Notes: generated from the sequence alone by a model not told the origin. A DNA stretch of 64,000 nt from Lepidodermella squamata (GCA_047495785.1 JBLDXI010000010.1:558001-622000); one strand, 5' to 3'. Counted from the first letter of the stretch, positions 1 through 12,763 are shown. Program-made: numbers and translations.

Positions 1-1244
1 CACGAGGATCCGTTTGGGACAAAACAGAAGAGAATGAGAGGAGGCTGGTTGAAAATACTCGAAGACAAATTCTGACCGATTTGCTTGAGTTTCTTTTGCT
101 AAGCGCGCATTTTTCGTGGAATGAATCTGATCTCAACAGAGTGAAAACCACGTTAGCGAACATCAGATGCAAAAATATACGACAGGAAATCGTATGACCA
201 AATGACATAAAAATTTCCGCAATCCTTGAAGTTGATATGCTTTATGTGCTACATCAGATACTACGCCATACTGGTTCAACCCGAACCATAGCGTTCAGTA
301 ACCGCTGCTCCATCAGCTTTTCAACCTAGAAATTTCGAGCCTTCGATGTTGATGATGATCTCCCGCCTCTTGGCGTAGTCAGGGATGGTGCTTTCGCACC
401 TATAACGCCCTTCGCCTGCTTCCCAGCCTAGCAGAAGTAATATTCATACCTGACTTAGTATCAATTTATTATATCAAAAGTAGTACCCATGGGCCAGGGC
501 AATTAGACCCGCTAAAAATGTCACCCCAACCAACTGAAATAAGATTACAGGCATGCTGGTTCATCATAAAGCATCAGAAAAAGGTTAAACATGAATGAAG
601 TATTTTTTTACTACTGTTAAATAAAATCAGTCACCATCTGGCATGCGGGCACGAGCGCTTCCTGCTATAACCGAGTTCTTTTTAAGAATAACCGTATTTA
701 AGACACGCTATTCCACTCACTTTTTCATAAATTATTATTTTTTTTCAATTTTCAGCCGTGTTTATTCGCGATATCCTCAGCAATCCAGCCTGAACAAATG
801 TTCTCATGATTTAACCTCGTATTTCTTGCGTAGCAGCATTTTAATATGGGAATCTCGGGAAATTTCTTTACGAGTCTTGAATATCCGGTAATCCGCTAAC
901 TACAGCTGGTTGCCGATCTCTCACCAAGCCGATTTTTGCAAAATTCTCATTAACCAGCCGCATGGGAATCTAAACTAATCACTAATGAAACGAATGAAAT
1001 TTATGGCATGATAGTAATTACTTTTATTGTATTTAAATTTTATTATGGCTCAATATTTTAAATTTTCTGATTTTTTTCCATCTCATTTTGCTTTGCAGGG
1101 GGCTTTTTATTTCACTCATGAGGGACTAACAGGATTTCGCAGGGGCTTTACTCCAGGCAAATTTTTCAGGGGATTTGTACTTTTGCTTGTTTTACCAATA
1201 TTTATATTTAGATCAGTACTATTTATTATTTATTGTAATTTGAA

Positions 1245-4184
1245 ATGTTCGGTGGTTCACTTTCAATACAAACAATCTTGTCGATTGTTGTTGTTGGAAC
1301 GGTGAGTTAATCAAGTTCACCAAGTACTTCAATCAAGTTTTAACTTTTTATGGTTTTAGCTAGCAGCTGGCGAGTTTGAAGAGGTCCGGCAACAGCTTCA
1401 TTGGTTGGACTCCGAGTCGAGAAAAGATCGTGGCCTTATCCCAGTAATTTTCTTTACATTGGTATTCATGTTAAAGGTATGACGAATATCGCCTTGTTTC
1501 AGGTGCCGCTGGAGAAATTTGTTGTTAAACCCAACCGCATCTGGGTTGCCCAGGCGCCTCATCGTTACAACAGACGCATGATGGAAAAAGATCCCGACAT
1601 GACTCCTCTAGTCTCTGCGCTGGTGCTTGGAGATTTCGGCGGCCTGCCGTCTGTGCTGGTGGCCATCAAATTTGGCGAGGGCACAAGTAATTCTACTGAA
1701 CAAGAATAAGTAAGGCTTATAGACAGATTTTTTTATTCAGGTGAAGCTTTCAAGAACCGCTACATATCTGTATTCGAAAACTATAAACAAGAAACCTGCC
1801 TTGATTTCGTTATACTGGAAGCCAATAGCACCGTCACGCCAACTGCTGTTATTAACGAAATTGGCCTCGAGTATTTTGACATATTTCTGAAATGCGCCTG
1901 AATTCTTGAGTTTGCATTTGACACAGTGAACAATCTGATTCCGTGGTGGAGGGAACAACCTACATATATAGCGTAAACATAGAGGTATTGTTTACATTTT
2001 CAGAAAAAAATATGTGCTTAAATGTTTTTAATTCCAGCAATCTCATCCGATTGTGGCGGACACTGTCTATTTGGTAATGCATCACTTTGCGTACGATATC
2101 GTTTATTTAACTATTTGTTTGTCAGATGGCCGAGCATTACCGGTACGACCGGGATAATTACCTCAGCATCATGCAATACACCGAGTAAGCATTGACTTTT
2201 GTCCAAGAAAATTGTCTAATTTCTTCCTTTTCACAGCTTCACCTCTGATTTTTACGAGGCGAAGAATAGCTACGGCGTGCCATTCGACTACGGCTCGGCG
2301 ACCATGTCACACCCTCTCGAGGACGGTGGGGATTTCCAGCCGAAAGACTGGCGCTACGCGGGTGCTATGAATGCGCCTTTCACGTCGTTCAACAACTTTA
2401 AAACGCTCAACTTCAAGTACAACTGTTCAGGTTCGACGATATAATTACAGTTTACAACTGTGGCTTTTATTCTCTCGAGATAAAATAGGCCTAAATTTGG
2501 CTAACTGTTAATTAATCCTGATAATACTGTTTTTAGCCAATTGTAGCGGAACAGCTCCAGATTGCAAATTCGGTGGATATCGAGATCCTAAAAATTGCGG
2601 TCGCTGCAAATGCCCACCTGGCTTCGGCGGCCCAACTTGCGAGAAACAGCCTCCATTTGGCAACGAGGCGTGCGGTGGAGTCATCAATTTACCAGCCTGC
2701 ACTTCGGTCGAGATAACTTCACCCAACTACCCGAACCCTTACGTCGCTTTTAGCAGTTGCACGTGGTGGGTTGTTAGCTCTCAGGTAAATTTTCAAATAT
2801 ATTTGTGAAGTAAAGCATTATTTTCAACACCTAGCCTGGTACTGTGTTCGGTTTTGACGGGAGACCAGATTTAACGCAAGGAAGAAGTGAGATTTTCTTC
2901 GATGACCTTTCATTTACATACGTTTCGTTTACAGCTGTCAGTAGCTATTCATTAATCGATACCGCTTGTGCCGACTACGTCGAGTTTCGCGATCCAACCG
3001 ATGGCACCCAGCCGTATTTCCGCTACTGCTCTTACGGCGCAACAGCTGGAAAGGTCTACGAGAGCTCTACAAACAAGGCCATCGTCTACTTCAAGTCAAA
3101 CTCGCCAACCCCAGGCAAGGGGTTCCATTTGATTGCTCGATCAAGTTGCCCAAGTGACAACAAAGCGGAGCTAAGGCTGACTCCTAGCGGCTACGACTAT
3201 GAGGGCTTTGTTTCTACGACACAATCAGGAGCTACGTGCCAGCCGTGGCCTCAGCTCGACTGGATAGCAGACTACATTGAAATGCTCAAGTTCCCAAGAG
3301 GCCTCAACCTTAATCACAGCAACTACTGCCGCAATCCTGAATCACTTCCGACAGGACCTTACTGTTTCATCGATGCAGCGCGGACGCAGACTGAAACATG
3401 CAATATAACGATAACCCCGCTGGCAGTACCGATTTCACGTGAGTGTTCAAATGATAATTAGATCCCCGAAATAGTCGAGCTAATTGCTTAATTGTGGTTT
3501 TTGCAGCGCTCATCCTGTCACGATGCGTCGCATCTGCGACTGGCGTGTGGCGCGGCTGTCGCTCCAGCTGCTCAGCCGATGAGTACGCGCTCAAGGGATC
3601 GATCAAACACGTTGCAAAGAACTGCAACAGAGGGGTGAATTTTAGTCAACAGTCAATCTATTTTCGTAATAATCTTCTGCATTGTCATTATCCAATATCA
3701 GCCAGCTAGAAAGTGCATGAATCGAGAAACCGGAGATTTTCGATGCATTGGTAACGATATGAAGTGCACTGAAAGCGAAACAGTATGTGCCACAAATAAC
3801 TGCATATATGTTGCTTACCAGCGCATTCTCTGTTTTCAGACCGAAATCTACCGAGTTTACATTTTGTTCCGTCGCAACTGGATCCACTGCCAGCATAAAC
3901 GCGGAATGGTTTGAAATGATATCTTATGCTCAACTGACATGTCTTCTTGTGCTTGTATCAGAAATACGTAAGGTGCTTCGATGACAAGACACGTCGCTTC
4001 AAAGATTGCCGTCGCAAGGATTTAGGCTGCCATGCCGATGAGGTAACGCTATCACCGCTCTCGAATTGGTCTCATCTTGACCTGATGTAATCATTACTAG
4101 ATTCCGATCGGCCTAACCTACTTTGATCCAGTCACGTGTTACAAGAAAATTCGACGCATCGTTGTTCCTGACGACGAAGTTTAA
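1245..4184 (+). CDS. Multi-exon secreted astacin-like (probably inactive) protein: signal peptide - astacin fold - EGF - CUB - kringle - 3 Cys-rich repeats
   Basis: Hand-spliced: MFGGSLSIQTILSIVVVGT (1245-1301); astacin-type segments TCLDF, AEHYRYDRDNY (2126-), YGVPFDYGS; EGF CKFGGYRDPKNCGRCKCPPGFGGPTC; CUB CGGVI..ITSPNYP..CTW..DYVEFRD..GKGF; kringle DYEGFVSTTQSGATCQPW..NYCRNP..GPYCF; last exon ends VVPDDEV* at 4184. Some internal exon boundaries are uncertain. Confidence 0.8.
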
Positions 4185-4421
4185 AAACTACAACAACAAG
4201 ACACTACAAGTAACACAGAAAGACGACATTAATTTGCTCAAGATTTTGTGCGATTGCATATTTATTACTCACTTGAATACCTATAATCTATTTAATTTAT
4301 GATTATTATTTGCTTCCAACATGTAGAGATTGCCGTTTATTCATGCGAAATATTTATTTAAAATTGGAACACTACTGTAATAACGAGTTGTACGCTAAGC
4401 TAACCGGTGTAATAAAGGATA

Positions 4422-5798
4422 CCGTATATTCCGTATTAGCTTCAGGGGGCATTGTAATTTCAAAGCCTCGAAAAAGAGGGTATGTAAACGGGACGTGTTA
4501 TGGTGCTTTCACAAATGCGTCCGACGGTGAAAACTTCGGCTAGCAACTAACAAACGTCGGTAGAGTGAAGCGAAACGTCGGAGAGCGTTATCAGTGGCAC
4601 TACGGACGCGCGCGCGCGGTCGGGCGCCCGAAGTCTCTATTGTTTAGTCGCCGAAGTTGCTGGGTGTCACGCACTTGAGCGCGCGTGCATGCGAGTGGCA
4701 GGGGTCAGGCAAAAAAATTTCCATTTCAGCGTAAATGCTGAAATCAACTAAATAATGAGACTTGAAATGCGATGCGGATCATAGAAATCTAAATTTCATC
4801 GAAAAATTATGTGATAAAATGATTTCTTGCCGCGCTCAGCGCGGTTTTGCCGGCCTTAATTTTCTTTGTGCGCGGCTGTAAATTAAAAATTGAAAAATTG
4901 GTCAATTTCGAAATTATTTTCATGACTCATTGTAATCCAAGACGGCTCGAGTGTTTTACAGCAAGTCAAGCTGTCAAATGGTCGCGCGCGCGCTTATGTC
5001 TATTGGTGCGCGTGTAATAATAGTGCGCGCTATTAACTTCGGTTCGGACGCACTTCGGACGGTAGTTTTGGGGGCCTCCGATACGACGTTCTTTGTTGTG
5101 CGTGCGCGCGCCGCGTCGGACGCGCTATTGTTTAAACTTCGGGCGCGCGGGCCGAAGTGCGCGCGTTTGTGAAAGGAAATCTCAACGTCGGACAACTATT
5201 ACGTTACTTCGGGCGCCTATTACGAAACTTCGGGCGCCGAAAACGTCGGACGCTCGTCGGACGCATTTGTGAAAGCACCATTACAATTGCGAGCATGCGA
5301 CTTTATTGTTTCAAAGCAAGTTTTCAAGTGTTAAAATTGAGTAAAAATAAGAGTAAATTGATAATTTTTGAACCACTAACAGCTTGTACAGCTTGTAAAG
5401 TCAACAGCTTTTCATCAAAATCGAGAACGTCATCGTTCGATTGCGAGTTTTCAGCCATTTTTATGCAAATTATTGAAATTTTAAAATGTTAGTTTTCTTC
5501 AAATCATGAATGCTAGGAAATCGACAGCTACTTTGGCAATTTTCGTTGCTGAACTTCTCTCACTCAGCTATGTTTCGCCATTTTCTATCAAACAAGCCCA
5601 TCAAACGCCTCGGAAATGGGATTTTAAAACGATAGGCGCTATTATTTTAGAATGCGATTTTCAAAGTTTGAAATTGAATTTAGGTCCCGGGTAGCTATTG
5701 CGAGTATGAGGCTTTAATTTTTCAAAGGGCTTAAAAAGGGGGTTGTAAACGGGACGGGCGGTAATAACGGGTATATGAAACTATTACGGAATATACGG
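4422..5798. mobile_element. Non-autonomous Tc1/mariner-superfamily (Tc2-like) element, host of a nested insertion
   Basis: TIR CCGTATATTCCGTATTAGCTTCA (4422-) versus TGAAACTATTACGGAATATACGG (-5798), 2 mismatches; TA on both sides (4420-4421, 5799-5800). CCGTATATTC termini resemble nematode Tc2 ends. Confidence 0.8.
4501..5280. mobile_element. 780-bp MITE, PIF/Harbinger-like, nested in the Tc2-like element
   Basis: Perfect 26-bp TIR TGGTGCTTTCACAAATGCGTCCGACG / CGTCGGACGCATTTGTGAAAGCACCA; 3-bp TSD TTA at 4498-4500 and 5281-5283; internal GC-rich subterminal motifs (CGTCGG, ACTTCGG, GCGCGC); no transposase ORF. Confidence 0.88.
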
Positions 5799-6184
5799 TA
5801 TGCTAATTTTAAAATTGACGTCTTATGATTTCTGTGGTGATGTGTAATTTCGATTCAGGATGATTCATCGTAAAAGTGAAAAATCCAGCGCTCATCCTGC
5901 TGGGAAGTTAAGAGCTGTCGCATCTGCAGAGGCAGACCACATAGCCTGTATTTTGCTTCACTCTTTTTTGCAAACAGCAAAGGAACCACGAACATTGTTG
6001 ATGTCACGGGCATTTTCAGCTAACAGAGAATTAATGGGATGCTATCTATCAAACCGCAGATTCTGGCTGACCAATGCCAACAGTTTGCAAATCTTAATTT
6101 CTTATGTTTATCCAAAAATTTGACATACAACAATGATTGCTTTATGACCACTATCTTTCACTGATTTTATTCAAAATTCAAGTT

Positions 6185-6502
6185 TTACATCTGGCTCTTC
6201 AGAACTTTGCTCTGAGCGTTAGTGTAGACAACAGCCTGGGGCTTGCGGAACAACGGCGATTTGAAGCTATTGCCGTCATTGATATTGTTGTCAGCTTGCT
6301 GCTTGGCCGGCGATGGCTGTTGCTGAGTTCCACTCTTCGCGCCGGTTTTCAGAAATTTCAACGGCGTGTAAGCCGCCCCGCCGGACATGAAATCGAATAC
6401 GTCGTCGTTATCGATGAAAGTCTCATCGCTTACGTCGGCAGCGGAACAAAATTGCGCAAGCACGAAAAAAATCGAAAAAGTAAGAAAAATTTCGCGAAAC
6501 AT
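6185..6502 (-). CDS. Small single-exon secreted protein/peptide precursor, paralogue 1 (105 aa)
   Basis: Signal peptide MFREIFLTFSIFFVLAQFCSA; TATAAA about 50 bp upstream (near 6549-6554, minus); AATAAA just after the stop; shares motifs with the neighbouring gene. Confidence 0.75.
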   Translation of the reverse strand: MFREIFLTFSIFFVLAQFCSAADVSDETFIDNDDVFDFMSGGAAYTPLKFLKTGAKSGTQQQPSPAKQQADNNINDGNSFKSPLFRKPQAVVYTNAQSKVLKSQM

Positions 6503-6686
6503 TTCTATCAACTGTCTTGAGGCAAAAAAAACAGCTTGCTGCCGGCAATTTATAGAGACAAAACAAAAAAAGTAATTTAACCAGGATTTTCCCCCACAAA
6601 ATCAAAAGTAATGCCTCGAAAAATAATGCGATTTATTTTTACGGATAAAATTCGATAATACCACTTAAATTGCGGTGGTCTAGATT

Positions 6687-7058
6687 CTAGATCCTGTGGC
6701 GGAATTTCATCGGGCCGTTTTTGTAGACGACTGCCGTTGGCTGTTTGAAAATCGGCGATGAGCCGTAAACGCCTCCGAACAGCACTTTCTGATCAATATT
6801 GCCGCCAATTACCGAGTATCGATTGTAGGTGGTGGTTGGCGTTTCGGTGGTTGTAGTCGCGAAAATTGCATTATTTTGTTTTTGTGACGCCGGTTTGCCG
6901 AAAAATTTGCTAGGCGTGAATGATTCGCGTTCTCGGCTGTCGAAAAATGAATCAAAGTCGAACAGCCAGTCTTCAGGGTTGACAGTCTCCTCGCTCGAGA
7001 CAAGTGCTGCAGTTGCCGAAATCAAAATTAATGCTGTAAATAGATATGACAGGGGCAT
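6687..7058 (-). CDS. Small single-exon secreted protein/peptide precursor, paralogue 2 (123 aa)
   Basis: Signal peptide MPLSYLFTALILISATAALVSS; TATAAAA near 7130-7136 (minus); AATAAA near 6632-6637; motifs FTPSKF and SPIFKQPTAVVYKN match YTPLKF and SPLFRKPQAVVYTN in paralogue 1. Confidence 0.78.
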   Translation of the reverse strand: MPLSYLFTALILISATAALVSSEETVNPEDWLFDFDSFFDSRERESFTPSKFFGKPASQKQNNAIFATTTTETPTTTYNRYSVIGGNIDQKVLFGGVYGSSPIFKQPTAVVYKNGPMKFRHRI

Positions 7059-8054
7059 GTTAAAAAAAATGAAGAAATAAAGTTATAAAAATGGATATAA
7101 AAATCTTAGAAATGTTGCTAGCCACACACTTTTATAAGCTCTTTCATTGCCTTGGGCAACTAATTCAAGTTTAGACGATAGATGCCGATGGGTATTCGTA
7201 ACATGAAATTGTAAATCGCCCACACGCTTTTAAGCTTAGGAATGCGATGCAGAAATATAGCTTATTGAGGTCCCACATCTTCTGGCCTGTTTTTTAACGA
7301 CTCGAAAAGGCATCGCCTCATTTGGGTATTGAAATGGGACAAATAAGTCGCTCAACTGATAAGAAGATACATATTTCATCAAACGAGAAAAAACATGCTG
7401 AAAATTATTACGCAGCCCGTCCTTTGAGGATGCAGGGTGTTGGGGCCCGAGCCCGAAAAGTACCTGGCGCTCAGGTATACCCGAACCCGACCGGGTAACA
7501 GTGTTTTGTCTGCTCGTACTTGGATCGTTTCAAATGGTGCCCGTATGCGACGTTCATGTTACACCGGTTGAATTACAAAAAACCCACATAAGTGAACACA
7601 TGCGGCATCAACCCGAGTGCGTCGAATAGAGCAATAGAGTGAAGTAAAGCGTGATTGTTAGTTCAATTAAATGTTCAGGCAATGTTGCATACAGGCACAT
7701 TTCATAGCTGTCAGAGTGCGAAGTGGTAAATCCGCTGTCCGACGGCGTACGGGCCAAATCGGGCTTGGACCCCATCAGCGGTTAGACCTTAAAGATGTTT
7801 TTATTGTAATTTACGTCCCGGGATCAATATTATTTTGCGTACCATCACTTGAATTCGGTCGTGCGGAAAACGCACTCAAGCAGCAAATTATCAAACAAAT
7901 TGTTTATTAATTACCATATGTATTACGTCCGGGGGCGTACCACCTATTATTTATCACCTATTCCCTAGACCTTGGAAATATTGCGAAAGTACAATACACA
8001 TTGAAAAATCACAGTTCAAACTAACCGACAGGCTGAAAGCGAACCCGCTTTTAC

Positions 8055-10206
8055 ATGCCTCACATGCCGATAGGGGATGGCTTGTTTATTCATCATACTT
8101 CATTCGAGAAATTCGAAATAGTTCTGATCAGCATCAGTTTTATTGCTAACGCACTTCTGCTTTCGATTCTTTGCCTTCCGTCTCAAATTAAAAAAATTTG
8201 CTCTTTATATACAACCTGGACGTCTTCAGTAAAAACGATCAAGCCCGCCAATGAAATGCAAAATGCTAGATTGTGCTCGATAACATGCTTTGATCGAATG
8301 GGATCAGAGCGGAAAAACACTTGGTCTTGTCTAAGCAGTTCAAGCATGGACGACAACAAAAGCGAAGTTTCGATGAAAACAAGCCGGAATAATCGCAAGA
8401 GCCAATTTTTGCAACGAGGCTTCATTGCAAGTCTGGCTGTCGCTAATGTGTTCGGCAGCTTCGGCATTTTATTCAAATTAATTTCCCCTTATTATCTAGG
8501 TACAAGTTACTATCTACTACAGTTACAATTAGTGCGGTTTATTGATATCAGTTAACATTTTTCTCTGGCAATATTATTCCAAAACCAAGAGCAGGCACCT
8601 AGCATTTAGTACCTACAGCTGAATTCGTCACTGATCATTTTCATCGAAAGGGGGAGGGAGAGTGAAGGGGACCAAATTGAGCCAAAAATGTATTCGAACT
8701 CGAGGAACACGGTAAATGGCATCATATGGATTAATCCTGAGCTCCTGTCCTCTGTAGCTTATAAGTTGTGCCCAACTATATTAGAGTGCCTTGCAAGTAT
8801 CCCAGCGTCAAATTGTATGGGGGAGGGGGAAGGATTCATTAAGGGGGATGATATGGTATGCCTACGGGCCATATCTACGAAGTTCTTACTAAAATGGTTG
8901 TAGGGTCAGGTCATAAAATCTGCTGCTAACATTAACTGTGAAATTCTCAGGTTTGCCCTACTTGTGCAACGAGCTGCCGGCTATTGCTTCACTCAAAGTG
9001 GCACAGTTACAAATAATGGCATCATTATCCGGCTGCTCAATAGATCACTACATCGCCTGTTTGCGTCCCCTCTACCATTGCACGCGCTCTGCCAAACTTA
9101 AAAAATTGTACCTCACCGCAACTATCGGCATGTGGTTTGTAGCAATCGTCTTCTTTTTCGCTGATCCAATCATCCCGTTTCGGTCGAACGAGCATTGTGA
9201 TTTGGAACACAGTATTTTGTTCCGACAATTAAATGATGCAATATAATTTTAAATATCTTTTCCAGACGGCACAAGCCGGTGGATAACGTTTGTCGACTTT
9301 GTCGACATAAGGCATTTTTGCAGTGCCAAAATTTGCCATCACAATTACGGCATCGAAGGTATTCAGCACCTTATAATGGTGCCGTTCGCCACAATCATCC
9401 TGATGTGCTATGCACGGCTGACTGTTTTTCTTGTTACCCGACATCGCAAAAGCTCCAGACGGCAGATTCGTTCAAAGAAAGACGTCAAGGCCAATAGTAG
9501 TTTTCCGATGGAAGAAGTCAGACTAACCTCGAAACCAAGTGTTAACCCAAGTGAGGAGATCCAAAATTTCAATGCGGGTTCAACAGGAATAGTAAGCCCA
9601 GTTTACTTGATGATAAAAGCTGAACCTGCTTTTGATTTTGACAGCCAGTTACGATTCGCCAACAAAGCGACACTGCTAACAACGGTGGCGGACAACATTT
9701 GACGGAGAATGCTGTAACCCAAAGCATTGATGCAGAAAATAGCCCTGACCAAAAATCGAGTGCACTACCTTCAACCGAGCCCTTCGTTGAAGTGTCCAAT
9801 AAAACTTCGTCAAAATCATTTCGAATTTTCGGAAGCAGTCGCTCGGCTAGTGCTGGAAATGACTTGCAGAATGAATGCGACCCTCCGGTTGTAGTGAAGA
9901 AGCAACCAAGGCACTCGTCTTCATCCCTGCGTGGCGTATTCCTAACTGGGCTGATTTTTCTCACTTTCGCTGTGTTTTGGATGCCCTACATGATTGTTGA
10001 AATTATCCCACCCGTTGTGTCTTGGGTTGGCAAGGCAGACCAGACAGTTGCCTTTTTTAAATCAGTGAGTGCTCCTGCCGAAGTAGCCTTACTCGTAAGA
10101 TTTTTAATGTTCAGCAATTGATTCACAAATCAGATTTGACTTTCAGGTATACTGTTGCCTTACACCGCTGCTTTATGGCGGGAACCTGCTGCTCTCTCCT
10201 AAATAA
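8055..10206 (+). CDS. Divergent rhodopsin-like (class A) GPCR, 5 exons
   Basis: Exons about 8055-8499, 8951-9211, 9266-9591, 9644-10094, 10147-10206. TM1 IANALLL, TM2 SLAVAN, TM3 SIDHYIACLRP, TM4 MWFVAIV, TM5 PFATIILMCY, TM6 FAVFWMPY, TM7 CCLTPLLY. Confidence 0.8.
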
Positions 10207-11533
10207 CGGCAACAAAAGCTGATAAAACAAATGAATGCCTAACATGTGATTTTCCAACTGAAACATGATTCGCATTTATCCCTCAAAAATGGACGAAAAT
10301 TAGAAAATGTGAACCCAAGAACACGAAACTCCGCTTTGAGGTTGAACCATTTTTTTGTTTTAACGTTTTCCATATTTCAAAGGGTTATTTATTTCATTTT
10401 GAACGGTGTTTTTAACAGTAAGATCCGGGTAGAGACCAAGTTCCTCACAATTTATCAATCATCTCGGAGGGTCTCCCGTACCTCCCGGTACTTCGCACAC
10501 TGACTGAACATGTTGTTAAACCTTCAAGAAATTTGTTTTAGCTAGAATTCTCTAACGGACCACTGGCTAAACACGAATTCGAAGGTTGACTCCTGATTAC
10601 TTATATGCCATCAGCCAACGAACATCAAATTGCATCAGTTATCAGCTATACCACATACTGAATATTTTCCTGCTTATCTTCAAAGTTCGGTCGTGAGAAA
10701 TCGAAAAAGAGCAGTGAGAGATAGGCACAACGAGTTAAGATGGGAACGACGAAAGATTATTATATGAAAGATATGCTGAGGAAAAAAGTGGTACCAGAGG
10801 TGGGTTTGTTACTTAGAAATGTCAAGCGATTCTCGACCCATTGAGTAGCTTGAATCTCTGTTTAGCCGCTCCGCTATTCCATTGATATAAAGAAAAGTCC
10901 ATATGCTATGTGCTACTTTTTCCTTGCTCTTAATTCGTTGCGCTTATTAAGTTTCGCTGTTATATCATTTTGCTTTGATCATCTCGTTTGATCATTTCGA
11001 ACAAAGTGGGTTTTCTGTCAAATTTTCGTTCGCCACCGATACCGAATAGCGGGCGCAAAAATGTAAGATTCTATCGGCGATATTTAATATGTGACTGATG
11101 AGGATGATAGACAGCGATACTTCATTACTTATAGACGGCAAAACATAATTCTCGGTATACATTTTTTATTATAGCTTCAAGTCGCCGCTACGGCAGCATG
11201 TCTCCTTTACTACGAGCGCGAATAAATCGTTAAGCGCCCGCTGGGTAATTTCGTCAATATATCGGCTTCTAAATATGGCGAAAATCGACACAGCTTTTTA
11301 CCTACTCGCATCATTATAATACGGCTTTTTATACCTCGCATGCAAAGAAAAACCATTTCAGTGCGATGTTTCAGCACTAAATCTTAACCCCCTGCTTATT
11401 TTACCACAATATTTCCTTATCTCCGACTATATCAAGATAATTATCACTCTCTAGGGTGTCTTTTCAATAAAGCGAAGGAGTTTTGCCAAAACTATGTCTC
11501 CATAGAAGGCATTTGAACGTGGAACCTGAGTGA

Positions 11534-12763
11534 ATGGCCGAATACAAAGCTGGAGTAAGGGATTTGTTGGCAAATGAGTACGCGTTTTTTACTTCACTCT
11601 TCCTTTAAACTTGTTTCATTTTAATATAGGTACGGCATAGTAGTGGAAAATCTTGCTCTTCTCGATGGCTTGGCCGATAAAACGTTTCTCGTTAACGGCA
11701 ATCAATGTGTTGTGAAATTGTTTCTAGACCCGATAGCTCAAGACACGAAACAAATCGGTTGGGGAATTAGGGAAATAAATAATGTTTCAAGCACCTTAAA
11801 ATTTAGATGCCGAAATTCAGCTGATGATTTTTCTGAAATCTAAAGGATTTCCTGTTCCTGATGTTATACCGACTAAAGCTGGGGCTTACTATACCTGGTT
11901 GGAAGCCAACGAGAATGGCTCGATTGCCAAACACCCTGTTAGAATTTGTTCGTTCCTCTCGGGTAATCTTTGGTGCAAACAAAAATATGGCCGACAATTT
12001 TGTGAAAACGTTGGAATCTTCATAGGAAAATTGGTCACAGCTTTATCTGTAAAAGTTGCCGAATTTTGTCTTTAAACTCAATAATTTTCAATTTTTCAGG
12101 GATTTGAAAATCCTTACTATGAGGACAATTCTAATTTTAAATTCATCATCGATTGCAGTCCGGAGTGGAGCGTTTACAAATTGAAAGAACTCCTGAAAGG
12201 CGACGAGAGAAAATACAAGCTTTGCAACCAAGTCTGCCAAATTTTCGACGAAAAAGTGCTGCCTATTTTGGATAGACTTCCAAAACGTTTGCGCTTCCAA
12301 TTCTTTCTGTTATTCCTCTCAAGATTCGTCCTATTTTGTAGAGCAAATTCATGGCGATTGCAATTCTCGAAACATTATGGTGGACGAAAATTGCGAAAAA
12401 GTCGTAGGACTGATCGATTTTACGGATTCACGCTACATGCTCCGAATTTACGAAATCAGCATAAGTCTACCCGTCATATTGGGCCATGATACGTCTGAAG
12501 ACTATTCAGAAATTCGAGCATTCATGAAGGGTTTCAAATCGCAGGTCCAGCTGACCAGAGAAGAGCTCGAAGTTTTGAGGATATGCACCTGTGCCCGAAT
12601 CGCCCTCGTCATGACTTGTAGCCGGTTGTTCGAAATTGAAAATCCAGATTCTTACAAAGAATCGTACGTCACAAGCATGTTCGGCGATGTTTGGCGCATT
12701 ATGGACGATTTACTGAATAACCCTGTGAAAATCAGTAATTTTGAAGCTGCTATAAATGCTTGA
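11534..12763 (+). CDS. HYKK: Hydroxylysine kinase-like (APH/choline kinase fold), copy 1, 5 exons
   Basis: MAEYKAGVRDLLANEYGI..; FLKSKGFPVPDVIPT; Brenner motif IHGDCNSRNI; GLIDFTD; four introns of about 50 nt. Family assignment is by motif recall; orthology not tested. Confidence 0.72.

Noticed and set aside
3-197. Open frame RGSVWDKTEENERRLVE..QEIV* at the window start
   Set aside because: May be the end of an upstream gene or TE, but it has no recognisable motif and no start in view.
1898-1900. In-frame TGA in the astacin region as possible selenocysteine or readthrough
   Set aside because: A normal intron of about 55 nt (1871-1926) removes it, and the readthrough frame does not join the next exon.
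4951-5694. ORFs inside the nested MITEs
   Set aside because: No transposase motifs; they arise from GC-rich repeat sequence.
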